A DNA stretch of 64,000 nt from a virus (taxonomy: Duplodnaviria > Caudoviricetes): IMG/VR virus record IMGVR_UViG_3300021963_000022; one strand, written 5' to 3'. The position numbers and the translations under genes were made by a program. Shown one piece after another: positions 18,817 through 28,274 of this stretch. Within the stretch, counting starts at the first letter, position 1. Every line of letters starts with the position of its first letter. The notes beneath the pieces were generated by a model. That model was not told the DNA's origin and searched no databases. It was given only the letters and a program-made list of their open reading frames with translations.

Positions 18817-21090
18817 TTATATTGTTCTGTACTGTGTTGTCCATACAGTTGAATTACTGCTTGTAGGTGTAACCACTAGTTCAATATTACCACTATTCCA
18901 AATCACTTTTATTGCTCCTGGTGAGCTACCTTTATAAACAGTACCATAACTAGAGAAATCAACATCACTATCATCATGTACTGCTTGTAAGGTAGCTACA
19001 CAGTATTTAGCCCCTGCTACTTCTACCCCTTTTACAAAAAATTCAACTCCCCTGCATGTTAGTGGATTTAGTCTAACAATTGCCTGATCAGCTGTAGTTG
19101 ATGTGGTAGTAAGTGTTTTCCACTGTATGTCAGTTGATCCTAAAGTTACACCATTGTTAGATGTTAGAGTATTTGCAGTTAAATTTGCTGTGACAGTAAG
19201 TGACCCAAGAAGGTTAGCACCAGTAGTTGATATTACTAATACATTTGCATTACCATTAATAGTAGTAGCAACATTGCCATTTTCAAATACAAAAACGTTA
19301 CTACTACCATTGTTAATCTTATGAACTTCTACAGTAGTTAAAGAAAGCACTCCATTACCGTTAGTAGATATATATTGACCATTAGTACCATCTATTGTCG
19401 GGTATGATAGGTTACTTGCTACTAACGTTTTGATGTTAGCGGTTGTATAGATATTAGTGTTACCTGCAACATCTAAGTTTAGCAGATTACCAAGAGATGT
19501 AATATTATTTTGTGCTGACGTTAATACTGTACCTTCTAGATTACCAATAAAAGTATTACCTTGAACATTACCATATGTTCCTATTGTCACTACTCCTGAT
19601 GATACTGTTGCTTCGCTTGCAAATGAAAATTGTTTTATACCTGATTGCCAACCTATAAACTGATTGACCGGGCCTGATGGAGATAAGTCATAGTTATGTA
19701 AAAATAAACCTCTATCTAAACCATCATATGCACTGGAGTTGCCGCCGTTAGCAGCACCTCCTAAATTAATAATAGGATCAGTTACATTTAATTCTGATAC
19801 ATTAATATAAGTTGTATTACCGCTTACAGATAGATTACCTACAATAGTAAGGTCTTGTTCCATAAGTACATTACCATTAAATAAACCCACGTTAGCGGTT
19901 AATTGTGCAGTAGCTTCAATATTAGCAGTAGTGAAGGTGTCATCGTTTGTAGAACTAATAGTAGTATTACCTAAAATAATACTATTACCGGACAAATATA
20001 AATCTTTCCATCGATGGGTAGCATTACCTAAATCATAAGTAACATCAATTGATGGTATTAGATTTGTATACACAAATCCATTGACACCCAAATTATTAAA
20101 TAAAGAGTTACCCGTTACTTCTAACGCACCTACATTAGCTAAATTAGTTATGCTAAGATTGTTACCATATATATTACCATTAGCATTTATATCACCGGGA
20201 GTAGAAATATTTCCACCACTAAGATTACCTGTTGCACTAATAGCACCAAGTGATATTAAATTGCCTACGTTAGCATCACCACTAATATTTAATGTGTTTC
20301 CTGACAATCCGTTTCCAGATATATTACCTGTAGCACTAATGGCATCTACATCTAGATTACCAAAGGTAGATTCACCATTAACAATAAAGTTGCCACCTAA
20401 TATAATATCGGTCTGAACATCAAGTGAGTTTGGTACTACTACATAGCCTGTACCGTTTGGTTCTAAAATTAAATTACCGTTAAGATCAATAGTAGAAATT
20501 GTGTTGTTATTGATATTAATGTTACCTAGATTAACATTACTAGGGCTAAAATTGTTAATACCTTTTGGGCCGATGTATCTATAACCTACAATGTATAAAA
20601 CTTTACTTGCTGTAAGTGCCGAAGGGATAGTTTCACCAATAAAGTTTAATACACCTGATGTATAGTTAAAGTAAAATTGACCATTACCACCTGAACCTGC
20701 TGCAAAAATTTGTGTACCAGTAGCTACTGGATTAGCCGCATTAGCATTGTCTACATAAACACTTACGTTATATGTTGCACCAAACTCTGCTGGAATCCAA
20801 TCGGTTAAATTTGTTTTCCAAGTAGGGTATACTCCACCTACTGGCACTGTTGTTGTATCCGCTGTAGTTTGTATTGCACTTGATCCGGTATATGCTTGAA
20901 CTAGCCCTGCTGTATCTGCAGCCGTGCCTGGAATAGAACTAGAATTCAACCAAATTGTATCTCCTCGCATTAATAGCGGGCTAGGAATTGATTCGTTACT
21001 AGGACTCTTATTAGTTGACGTGTCGGTTTTTGTTACTCCAAACGCCTGTTTATATAGTAAGTCAACGATTTGTGCTTGTGATACGGCCAT
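18817..21090 (-). CDS. Virion structural/fibre protein, 757 aa
   Basis: Long ORF with an N/G/T-rich shaft, a DGLDRGLFLHNY module and a C-terminal domain paralogous to neighbours (CRGVEFFV...AVHDDSDVDFSSYG). Confidence 0.7.
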   Translation of the reverse strand: MAVSQAQIVDLLYKQAFGVTKTDTSTNKSPSNESIPSPLLMRGDTIWLNSSSIPGTAADTAGLVQAYTGSSAIQTTADTTTVPVGGVYPTWKTNLTDWIPAEFGATYNVSVYVDNANAANPVATGTQIFAAGSGGNGQFYFNYTSGVLNFIGETIPSALTASKVLYIVGYRYIGPKGINNFSPSNVNLGNININNNTISTIDLNGNLILEPNGTGYVVVPNSLDVQTDIILGGNFIVNGESTFGNLDVDAISATGNISGNGLSGNTLNISGDANVGNLISLGAISATGNLSGGNISTPGDINANGNIYGNNLSITNLANVGALEVTGNSLFNNLGVNGFVYTNLIPSIDVTYDLGNATHRWKDLYLSGNSIILGNTTISSTNDDTFTTANIEATAQLTANVGLFNGNVLMEQDLTIVGNLSVSGNTTYINVSELNVTDPIINLGGAANGGNSSAYDGLDRGLFLHNYDLSPSGPVNQFIGWQSGIKQFSFASEATVSSGVVTIGTYGNVQGNTFIGNLEGTVLTSAQNNITSLGNLLNLDVAGNTNIYTTANIKTLVASNLSYPTIDGTNGQYISTNGNGVLSLTTVEVHKINNGSSNVFVFENGNVATTINGNANVLVISTTGANLLGSLTVTANLTANTLTSNNGVTLGSTDIQWKTLTTTSTTADQAIVRLNPLTCRGVEFFVKGVEVAGAKYCVATLQAVHDDSDVDFSSYGTVYKGSSPGAIKVIWNSGNIELVVTPTSSNSTVWTTQYRTI

Positions 21091-21092
21091 AA

Positions 21093-23402
21093 TTAGTTAC
21101 TCGCAGTCTGTAATGAAAGGGCTGATACTGTTTGCCCGGTTGTTAATTTTATTCTAACATAAATCTCATTGGTTGCAGTACCTGAACTAGATACAGTACC
21201 AAACGTTGCTGTTATTGCTTTATTTGTTTGTGCTGAATTTAATGGTGCAACACCACCTAGAGCTGCCCCATTACTTCCGTTACCCCCTGAACCTGCTCCT
21301 GGTTGACCAGCACCTGCATATGCAGTACTTAAATCTAACCAGCCATTAAGTGTAGATGAGGTATCGATACCACTACCAGGCAATGCTACCCAGAGTCCTG
21401 CTATAGTGCCAGTCCATTTAATATCAAACTTAGAAACTGATGTTCTAATAAACTTGAATGTAAAATATTGTGCCGTACTACGACCTGTACTTAGATTAGG
21501 TCCAGCAGGTAAATAACCACTAGCATAATTTGTTTGGTCATGTTTAAGTGAGGCAGCTACTATAGTAGCATCATAAGTTTGTAGTGTACTTGATTGACTA
21601 TTAAATGCCGTTGCATTAGCAGAGTATACTGGTGTATCTGTACTACCTGGATTTATAATTCTAAAAGCTAATCCAGAACCTGATCCAATAGTAGAACCAA
21701 TTACTACGTTTGCTTCTTCCATCGTACTAGCAGTACCTGTCTTATAAAGAACAACTGATCCCGGATTAAATGTTTGAGTTCCTGTATTATAACTGTTTAA
21801 TACACTTACAGAAGGACCACTTGAGCTTGAACTAAATCCTGATATAATAGTAGATGTTGTACTAACAGAAGCATTACCACTAGCCACATATAAATCTTTA
21901 GCTAGAGGTGTTGATATACCTGCATCTGAATATGTTTTACTTGTTGGTGCTCCAAATGCTCCGGATGCTGAACCTGTTACAAACGTATCGCTTGTTGGAT
22001 ACATGTCACCGCTTAGTTTATTAACATCAAATGTAATAGCAAACTGATTTGTACTGTTATAGTGAGGTACAGTACTAGAATATGTGTAGCTTGGTGATAC
22101 AGGCGCTGTTATTGCAACATTACTGAACGTTGGTGTGCCTGGTACACTTGCATCATAATACCATGATGGTGTATTTGTATTACCGGCTGCGCTGTCAGTA
22201 ATAGAAACTTCATTCCAACCCTGTGTAACAGTACCTGATGCGTTAGCAGAGAAAACACTCCAAAAACCAGCTGCAATATTTGCATTTGCATTACGATAAT
22301 CATAATTATTAAATATAGTCAAGTTACCAATTGTACCATTGCCGTTTAAATTAGCAGTAAGTGTTCGAACACCCGCATTAGCACCGTTCAATTTAACAAT
22401 AATATTACCTGAATCTCCTGGACCAGCATTAGTTATATTGTTGGTTGAGTAAGTAGATACTCTACGTACAGTTGTTACAGTTGTTCCACCTGATACACTT
22501 TTGTTTGCGCCAGGTGTATTATCTGTTTGTACAAAGTTAGCCATACGATAAGTTGATAAACTAGCAACTGATAGTGTTTGACTTGCAGGGAATGCAGGGG
22601 GTGAAGGTGGAACAAGCTTACCTAAAATTTCATTTAATTGTGCTATACCATTTGTTACTGTAGTTGCTGTTGTCATTGATAATGCGTTACTTGTTAAATT
22701 ACCTAGTGTAGCATTACCTAATTGAATGCCAGTTGCGCCACCTGATGTGTCTGCAATTACTACTATACCATCACCATTTGGATCTAATGTTAAGTTAGCG
22801 TTACTTCCCGTAGTGATGTTTGCAATTGAAAGATTACCAAAAAGTTCTGTACCGGTTTCCAAAAATTTTGCAACGTTAGTTGTGCCATTAACCGATACAG
22901 TAACATTAGATGCATCTACTACAACGTTACTACTACCTTGAAAGATAGTGTTAGATACCAAACCAGTTAAAGAACTACCATTACCTATAAAATAATTTGC
23001 AGTAACATTCCCATTAGCAGTAAGAATATCAACATTAGCTGTACCAGTAAGATTTAAATTTGCGGCACCTATTGAATTTGAAACAGTTAATGCGTCAGTT
23101 TTAATGTCACCATTAGAAGCAAAACCAACTGTTAGTGTACCTGAAGTATATGAAAAAGCAGAACTAGCACCAAAATCATTATTACTATTGTATTGAATTT
23201 CGCCATTACCACCGGCTGCCTGTTGAAAGTCAACTGGATTGCCGTTAGCATAAAGGTAATTGTCAGTTAAAATACCATATGTAGATATATTACCTGTTAG
23301 ATTAGCGGTAGTTGTTGTAACGTTACCGTTTGCATCTATGATGAGTGTTGGGTTTTCTCCTACTGAGAAACCACCAACTGAGTTAAAGGGTCTAATTGCC
23401 AT
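21093..23402 (-). CDS. Virion structural/fibre protein, 769 aa
   Basis: N-terminal MAIRPFNSVGGFSVGE motif shared with 12164..18793 and 23414..24112. The C-terminal half is S/T/G-rich and beta-like. Confidence 0.7.
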   Translation of the reverse strand: MAIRPFNSVGGFSVGENPTLIIDANGNVTTTTANLTGNISTYGILTDNYLYANGNPVDFQQAAGGNGEIQYNSNNDFGASSAFSYTSGTLTVGFASNGDIKTDALTVSNSIGAANLNLTGTANVDILTANGNVTANYFIGNGSSLTGLVSNTIFQGSSNVVVDASNVTVSVNGTTNVAKFLETGTELFGNLSIANITTGSNANLTLDPNGDGIVVIADTSGGATGIQLGNATLGNLTSNALSMTTATTVTNGIAQLNEILGKLVPPSPPAFPASQTLSVASLSTYRMANFVQTDNTPGANKSVSGGTTVTTVRRVSTYSTNNITNAGPGDSGNIIVKLNGANAGVRTLTANLNGNGTIGNLTIFNNYDYRNANANIAAGFWSVFSANASGTVTQGWNEVSITDSAAGNTNTPSWYYDASVPGTPTFSNVAITAPVSPSYTYSSTVPHYNSTNQFAITFDVNKLSGDMYPTSDTFVTGSASGAFGAPTSKTYSDAGISTPLAKDLYVASGNASVSTTSTIISGFSSSSSGPSVSVLNSYNTGTQTFNPGSVVLYKTGTASTMEEANVVIGSTIGSGSGLAFRIINPGSTDTPVYSANATAFNSQSSTLQTYDATIVAASLKHDQTNYASGYLPAGPNLSTGRSTAQYFTFKFIRTSVSKFDIKWTGTIAGLWVALPGSGIDTSSTLNGWLDLSTAYAGAGQPGAGSGGNGSNGAALGGVAPLNSAQTNKAITATFGTVSSSGTATNEIYVRIKLTTGQTVSALSLQTASN

Positions 23403-23413
23403 TTCTTGTTTCC

Positions 23414-24112
23414 TTATTCTTTATAACTTGTAGTCATTATTCTGTAATTGACAAGAGTACTTGGTACAGGTGTCACGGTTAATGTAACATCATTATTTGC
23501 AGAATCATACTGCACTCTGAAGTCACCTACTCCCGGGCCTAATTGAGGTACATCAATTGTACCATATTCAAAGTATCCAACTTCTGTACCCAAAACGCTT
23601 GCAAATAGCTTACTAGTTTGTCTATTGTTACCTATTGCGTCAGTAGCAATAATAGTATAGTCAATACTTGATATGGTATCAGCTTGAGTTCTATGTAAAA
23701 CTTGATTAGCTCCATTACTTGAACTTGTAGCAAATATAACACGTGATGTACAGAACTCTAACGGACCATATCCCATTGTTATACTATTGGCAATTAAATC
23801 ACCATCTATTGCTAAAAGCTTTGTTGCACTGTTAAATGTGAATGCCGCATCTGCTCCTGCACTACCTTGATTATTATATAATACTTCAGTGTTGCTGCCA
23901 GGCACTACAATGTTAGCGGTTATATTACCTGCTATTGAATTAGCAAAAATACTATTAACTATTAACGTACCACCGATATTTGCATTGGTACTAATGTTTA
24001 ATGTATTACCTACAATATTATTGCCCGTGATGTTACCGTTACTGTCAATGACAGGTACGGGCGGTATTCCTATTGTGTATCCGCCAACTGAGTTAAATGG
24101 GTCTGCTGCCAT
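23414..24112 (-). CDS. Short member of the fibre paralogue family, 232 aa
   Basis: MAADPFNSVGG N-terminal motif, PGSNTEVLYNNQG linker and paralogous C-terminal domain (SIDYTIIATD...EYGTI). A GATAAATA motif lies upstream. Confidence 0.7.
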   Translation of the reverse strand: MAADPFNSVGGYTIGIPPVPVIDSNGNITGNNIVGNTLNISTNANIGGTLIVNSIFANSIAGNITANIVVPGSNTEVLYNNQGSAGADAAFTFNSATKLLAIDGDLIANSITMGYGPLEFCTSRVIFATSSSNGANQVLHRTQADTISSIDYTIIATDAIGNNRQTSKLFASVLGTEVGYFEYGTIDVPQLGPGVGDFRVQYDSANNDVTLTVTPVPSTLVNYRIMTTSYKE

Positions 24113-24172
24113 GGATGTTCCAAATATTTCTTATTGAGTATTTATCATTTTTAACGAAATGCGATTTTTGGC

Positions 24173-24239
24173 ATCCAAAAAAAAAGCACTCATAAAAGTT
24201 CTTTAATGTCTTCCTATCACGTTAAGATATTGCATTCAT
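24173..24239 (-). repeat. Degenerate 67-nt direct repeat, copy A (stop codon, 3'UTR and decayed terminator of the desaturase gene)
   Basis: Aligns without gaps to 25002-25068 at 56/67 identities by manual count. Confidence 0.85.
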
Positions 24240-24937
24240 CTTATTTTTGCTAGTTTTACTGATTTAAATATTGTTACCCACATATAACCAATATCAAACT
24301 CAAACCATCTACGACTGAGTTTAGGACTTGCTGGATCTAAGTGATGATTGTTATGTAATTCTTCTCCACCTATGATAATTCCCCACGGACTAATGTTACG
24401 ACTGTGATCTTTAGTTTCACCGTTACGATAACCTACCCAATGTCCAACTCCATTGATTACACCGGCAGCCCAGAATGGAATCCATATCATTTGTATAACC
24501 CAGATTAGTAATCCCCAATAAGAAAAACAAAGTAAGTTTATTAATAATAACAAAACAATTCCTAGACGACTATGTTTACTGTATACATTTTGTTCCATCC
24601 AATCATCAGGTGTACCAACACCATACTGTTTAATCATTTCAGTATCTTTACTTGCAGAGTGATAGAGTGATGCACCTTTGAATAATACGTTATAGATCCC
24701 ATACACATGCGGAGTATGAGGATCACCTTCAATGTCACTATATCTGTGATGTTTGCGATGTATAGCCACCCATTGTTTTGTAACCATTCCGGTTGTTAAC
24801 CACAGCCATAGTCTCATAAAGTGACTTAATATAGTATTAAATTCGATGGATTTATGTGCTTGACCTCTATGTAAGAATAGGGTAACACATACAATAGTGA
24901 TGTGTGTAACTATTAAAGTGTATAATATTTCGTTCAT
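24236..24937 (-). CDS. desA: Membrane fatty-acid (delta-9/DesA-type) desaturase, auxiliary metabolic gene; start revised to MNEIL
   Basis: Three histidine boxes HRGQAH, HRKHH and HNNHH, hydrophobic transmembrane stretches and an FDIGY-type tail. A TTAAATA late motif lies 4 nt before ATG 24937. Confidence 0.9.
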   Translation of the reverse strand: MNEILYTLIVTHITIVCVTLFLHRGQAHKSIEFNTILSHFMRLWLWLTTGMVTKQWVAIHRKHHRYSDIEGDPHTPHVYGIYNVLFKGASLYHSASKDTEMIKQYGVGTPDDWMEQNVYSKHSRLGIVLLLLINLLCFSYWGLLIWVIQMIWIPFWAAGVINGVGHWVGYRNGETKDHSRNISPWGIIIGGEELHNNHHLDPASPKLSRRWFEFDIGYMWVTIFKSVKLAKIR

Positions 24938-25001
24938 TAGATATTTAACCCAAAAAAACATAGTCTACTAGCTAGATATTACTATATGTGTAAGAGATTT
25001 T

Positions 25002-25068
25002 ATCCAACAAAAAAGCACTCCTAAGAGTGCTTCAATGTCTTCCCATCCCATTGAGATATTGTATTTAT
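25002..25068 (-). repeat. Degenerate 67-nt direct repeat, copy B (stop codon, 3'UTR and intact terminator of the HNH gene)
   Basis: Matches 24173-24239 and contains AAGCACTC-TTAG-GAGTGCTT-TTTT on the minus strand. Confidence 0.85.
25009..25032 (-). terminator. Rho-independent terminator after the HNH gene
   Basis: 8-bp stem AAGCACTC/GAGTGCTT with a TTAG loop and a T-tract. Confidence 0.85.
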
Positions 25069-25820
25069 TCTATCTTACGCTTTTTGCCACCTAGTTGCCA
25101 ACCATCATTGAGATATTGTTGTAGTACATCTTTCTTTACTTTCTTCTCAACATTGTCTTTGTTGATACTTATATTACCAAGAACGGCATTGGCTACGTTT
25201 GCTCCATGTGTCTTTACTTTTGCTACACCTTTTTGTGTTATGGAACGCTTTAGTTTTTCTTCTTCACTCATAGGACCTTTTAGTTTACCTTTAAGTGCTA
25301 ACGATATATTCTGTTTGGCTTGTTCGCTTCTTTTAGTACCAGTAACTGTAGCTACTCGGTCCGCAATCCATTTAGTTTTTGTTTCAGGTGACATTTGTTT
25401 TCTATTTTTTGTTCTTTCACGTTGTTTTTCTAATTCTTCACCCTTTAATTTTCTACCTTTATTCCAAGCAGGCCTGCCCTTCATTCTTTTACTGTGATTC
25501 TCTGCGTGTTCTATTCTATAATTTTCATATACTCTTGCTGTGATTTTTGTATGGTATCTTTGTTGATATCTATTCTCTGCTTTCATTCCATTGAGTGCAT
25601 ATAGCATTTTACTTCTATCTTCACCTTCTGTCATTTTAATCAGTAACCAATGACATATGAAATGTTCTCTTGCTGTAAGTTCTACTAGATTTTCTTTGTC
25701 ATTGCTACCTCCCATTGATTGGGGGATAACATGATGTAGTTCAGTATATCCTTCAGTAATGCGTTGCTTGGCATTAGAAGTTATCTTATGATAGAGTTTG
25801 GAATATTTGTTTATTAGCAT
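25065..25820 (-). CDS. Free-standing HNH homing endonuclease with NUMOD3-like basic DNA-binding repeats; start revised to MLINK
   Basis: YTELHHVIPQSMGGSNDKENLVELTAREHFICHWLL is an HNH motif. It is followed by HSKRMKGRPAWNKG, SEQAKQNISLALKG and SEEEKLKRS repeats. CATAAATA lies 5 nt before ATG 25820. Confidence 0.9.
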   Translation of the reverse strand: MLINKYSKLYHKITSNAKQRITEGYTELHHVIPQSMGGSNDKENLVELTAREHFICHWLLIKMTEGEDRSKMLYALNGMKAENRYQQRYHTKITARVYENYRIEHAENHSKRMKGRPAWNKGRKLKGEELEKQRERTKNRKQMSPETKTKWIADRVATVTGTKRSEQAKQNISLALKGKLKGPMSEEEKLKRSITQKGVAKVKTHGANVANAVLGNISINKDNVEKKVKKDVLQQYLNDGWQLGGKKRKIE

Positions 25821-25864
25821 AATAGTATTTATGTAAAATCTCACGTTCCACTAATTTTGTACAC

Positions 25865-25891
25865 AAAAAAGGGCACTTTCGTGCCCCTTTT
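25865..25891 (-). terminator. Rho-independent terminator of the head operon (after the major capsid gene)
   Basis: GGGCAC-GAAA-GTGCCC followed by TTTTTT on the minus strand. Confidence 0.9.
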
Positions 25892-25931
25892 GTTGAAAAC
25901 TACATAAAGTAGCTCTCGTAAGTGATTGATT

Positions 25932-27128
25932 TCACTGAAAAGTTAAATTGCTGACCGCAATTTCCCCTAGATAATCAGCCGCATTACCAAATGATGATGC
26001 TGTGTTTGTTAACTCAACATAACCATAACGAGTCATGAAACTAACTACTGGTTCGAATGTACTAGGATCTAGAACAACACCAGAACTCATCAATGGGATG
26101 TATGGGCAATAGAATGCCGCTGCATCTGTCTCAGATGAACCTTTGTAACCAACTAATACTGGTTGTGTGTCTTGTGCATAGCTGTTAACAAAAACACGCA
26201 TAGCACCGTTCAATGTACCAACGAACTTAGTGTTAGTTGGAGCTTCGAATGTACCTTCTGTAGTACGAGCAAATGCAGAAGTAGTTGCAGATTGCAATAC
26301 TGTTAATGCAGCTGGAGATACAACAGCCCAGTTACCTGCGCCACGACGTGTACGTTGGGCGATCAAGTTAGCAACACGATTGATAAGAACGGCTAGGGCA
26401 GCGTGTTCGTCACCAACAAATGTAGCTGTACCAGATACAGTAGCTTGGTTAAATGTAAATTCAGTTGTAGCCAATGAAGATAGGCTTAAAAGAATTTCTT
26501 GGTCAATCTCAGCAGTAATCTCTTGTGCAAGAGCTGCCATGATTTCTGCTTCAACGTCAATACCATGTTGAGACTGAGCATCTTGTGCTGCCTCAAATGT
26601 CCAACGTGCTTGCAACTTACGTGATTTAGCTTCAACAGCTTGACGCAAGATTTGTACGCTGATTTGCTTACCGCCGTTACCTTCTAAGGCAGCAGTATCA
26701 TTAGCTGTATAAGAGCTAGTTGATGATGTACCGTAAGGTGTGCGTGAATAAGCTTCAGCAATCTTGAATGGGCTTAATGCCTCTTCACCTGCTGAAACAC
26801 TTGTACCTGCTGCACTGTTGTCTGTTAAAGACTGAGCATAGCGAACACGTAGAGTGTGAATTTGACCTACTGGACCCGTCATTGGCTGAACGCCTACCAA
26901 CTCGTTAGCGATAACTGTTGGCATTACACGACGGATAACTGGTAGAATCACACGGTTTAATGTAGCGATATTACCTGCTGTAGTCGTACCAGCTGATGAC
27001 TCAGATAGTAGTGACTTCTTAGTGTTTTCTAAAATAACACTCATTGTTGAGCGGCGAGTACCTTTAAGACCTTCGAGTAGGGCTTCTTTGGTCTCGTCCC
27101 AACGGCTTTCTAATAGAACTTGTGACAT
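25932..27128 (-). CDS. gp23: Major capsid protein (T4 gp23-like)
   Basis: ANELVGVQPMTGPVGQIHTLR, VEAKSRKLQARWTFEAAQD, AFYCPYIPL and FEPVVSFMTRYG are gp23 signatures. GGAGA RBS; follows the protease and scaffold genes. Confidence 0.97.
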   Translation of the reverse strand: MSQVLLESRWDETKEALLEGLKGTRRSTMSVILENTKKSLLSESSAGTTTAGNIATLNRVILPVIRRVMPTVIANELVGVQPMTGPVGQIHTLRVRYAQSLTDNSAAGTSVSAGEEALSPFKIAEAYSRTPYGTSSTSSYTANDTAALEGNGGKQISVQILRQAVEAKSRKLQARWTFEAAQDAQSQHGIDVEAEIMAALAQEITAEIDQEILLSLSSLATTEFTFNQATVSGTATFVGDEHAALAVLINRVANLIAQRTRRGAGNWAVVSPAALTVLQSATTSAFARTTEGTFEAPTNTKFVGTLNGAMRVFVNSYAQDTQPVLVGYKGSSETDAAAFYCPYIPLMSSGVVLDPSTFEPVVSFMTRYGYVELTNTASSFGNAADYLGEIAVSNLTFQ

Positions 27129-27158
27129 TTATATTTCTCCTAAATTATGTCTTTAAAA

Positions 27159-28262
27159 TTAAAGCCCTGCCAAACGTTTAATGTCTATAACGTTGTCACG
27201 TACTTCGACTTCAACATATTGTTTTACGGCAGCTTTATCCCCAGTCATAGCTTTTACACTCTCTGACAGAACAGGCTTTTTCACCTCTTTCTTCTCAGTA
27301 ATGTTTTGAAGCACTGCTGGTAGATACTTATCGAAAGCGGCCTGTAGACGAGGCGTTTGGACGCTTTCTAGTAAGTCTTTCATTACCTTTGCTTTTTCCT
27401 CATTTAGAGTTCCTAGCAATTCATCCATAGCTTTTTGACGGCTATTAGATTCTTTGATAATTTTGACTTCACGTTCTTTTGATTCAATCAACTTTTTAGC
27501 TTGACTGATTGTTTTGATGGATTCGGCAATTTGCTGATCCTTTTGCGTTAATGCAGACATTAACTTACGTGTTTCTGCTTTCTCATTTAAATGAGTAACA
27601 GAGAACTCGCTTGCAAAAGATTCAAAAATCTTACGACCAAAATCGTTTTCACGTGCGGTCTTAATATCTTCTTTCAATTGTCCTAATTCACTCTTGAGAT
27701 GTTTAGCTACAGATTCGTTCATTCTCTTAGCACTTTCAGCAACAAAACGTGCTTTCAATGTTTCGAGTTGTTTACGACCTTCAGCAACTAACTTAACCTT
27801 TGCTTCAACTACAGCTTGTTTGTCTTGTGAGAATTCTTTGATTTCACGTGCTAAAGCATGAACAATAAATTGCTCTAACTTTTGCTGACTCTCTAGTTGA
27901 AGTTTGCGTTCTGCACGTAGTTCTTTAATTTCTTCGGATAGTTTAGTAACCATAAAATTATTGAACTTGGCTGCGTTTTCACTTAGCTTTTGTTTTGCTT
28001 TTACGCGGTCTTCATTCATTGCTTGTCTTTCAGCTTGAAATTCTTCAATTTCAGTTGATAGACCATCTGTAACCATCTTATCAAGGGCTTCCACCATTAC
28101 GGACTTATCGTGTTCATAACGCTGTGCAAATTCCTCGCGGAGCTCTGCACGTACTTGTTCGCGGGCTTCATTTAACTTAGACTCCCAAGCTTCGTTTAAA
28201 GCTTGACCAGTTTCATCATTAATTAGACCACTTTCAAGTAATGGTTTGATAGCATCAAACAT
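27159..28262 (-). CDS. gp22: Prohead core scaffold protein (T4 gp22-like)
   Basis: E/K-rich coiled coil containing ENDFGRKIFESFASEF, located between the protease and capsid genes. Confidence 0.85.
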   Translation of the reverse strand: MFDAIKPLLESGLINDETGQALNEAWESKLNEAREQVRAELREEFAQRYEHDKSVMVEALDKMVTDGLSTEIEEFQAERQAMNEDRVKAKQKLSENAAKFNNFMVTKLSEEIKELRAERKLQLESQQKLEQFIVHALAREIKEFSQDKQAVVEAKVKLVAEGRKQLETLKARFVAESAKRMNESVAKHLKSELGQLKEDIKTARENDFGRKIFESFASEFSVTHLNEKAETRKLMSALTQKDQQIAESIKTISQAKKLIESKEREVKIIKESNSRQKAMDELLGTLNEEKAKVMKDLLESVQTPRLQAAFDKYLPAVLQNITEKKEVKKPVLSESVKAMTGDKAAVKQYVEVEVRDNVIDIKRLAGL

Positions 28263-28274
28263 GCTTATTCCCCT

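Noticed and set aside
402-23000. Many plus-strand ORFs rich in P/V/L/A (e.g. 402..1037, 1554..2072, 2844..3299, 3375..3911, 7146..7535, 12384..12764)
   Set aside because: They are antisense shadows of repetitive Asn/Thr/Gly fibre genes, whose codons rarely create stops on the opposite strand. They have no RBS or promoter support.
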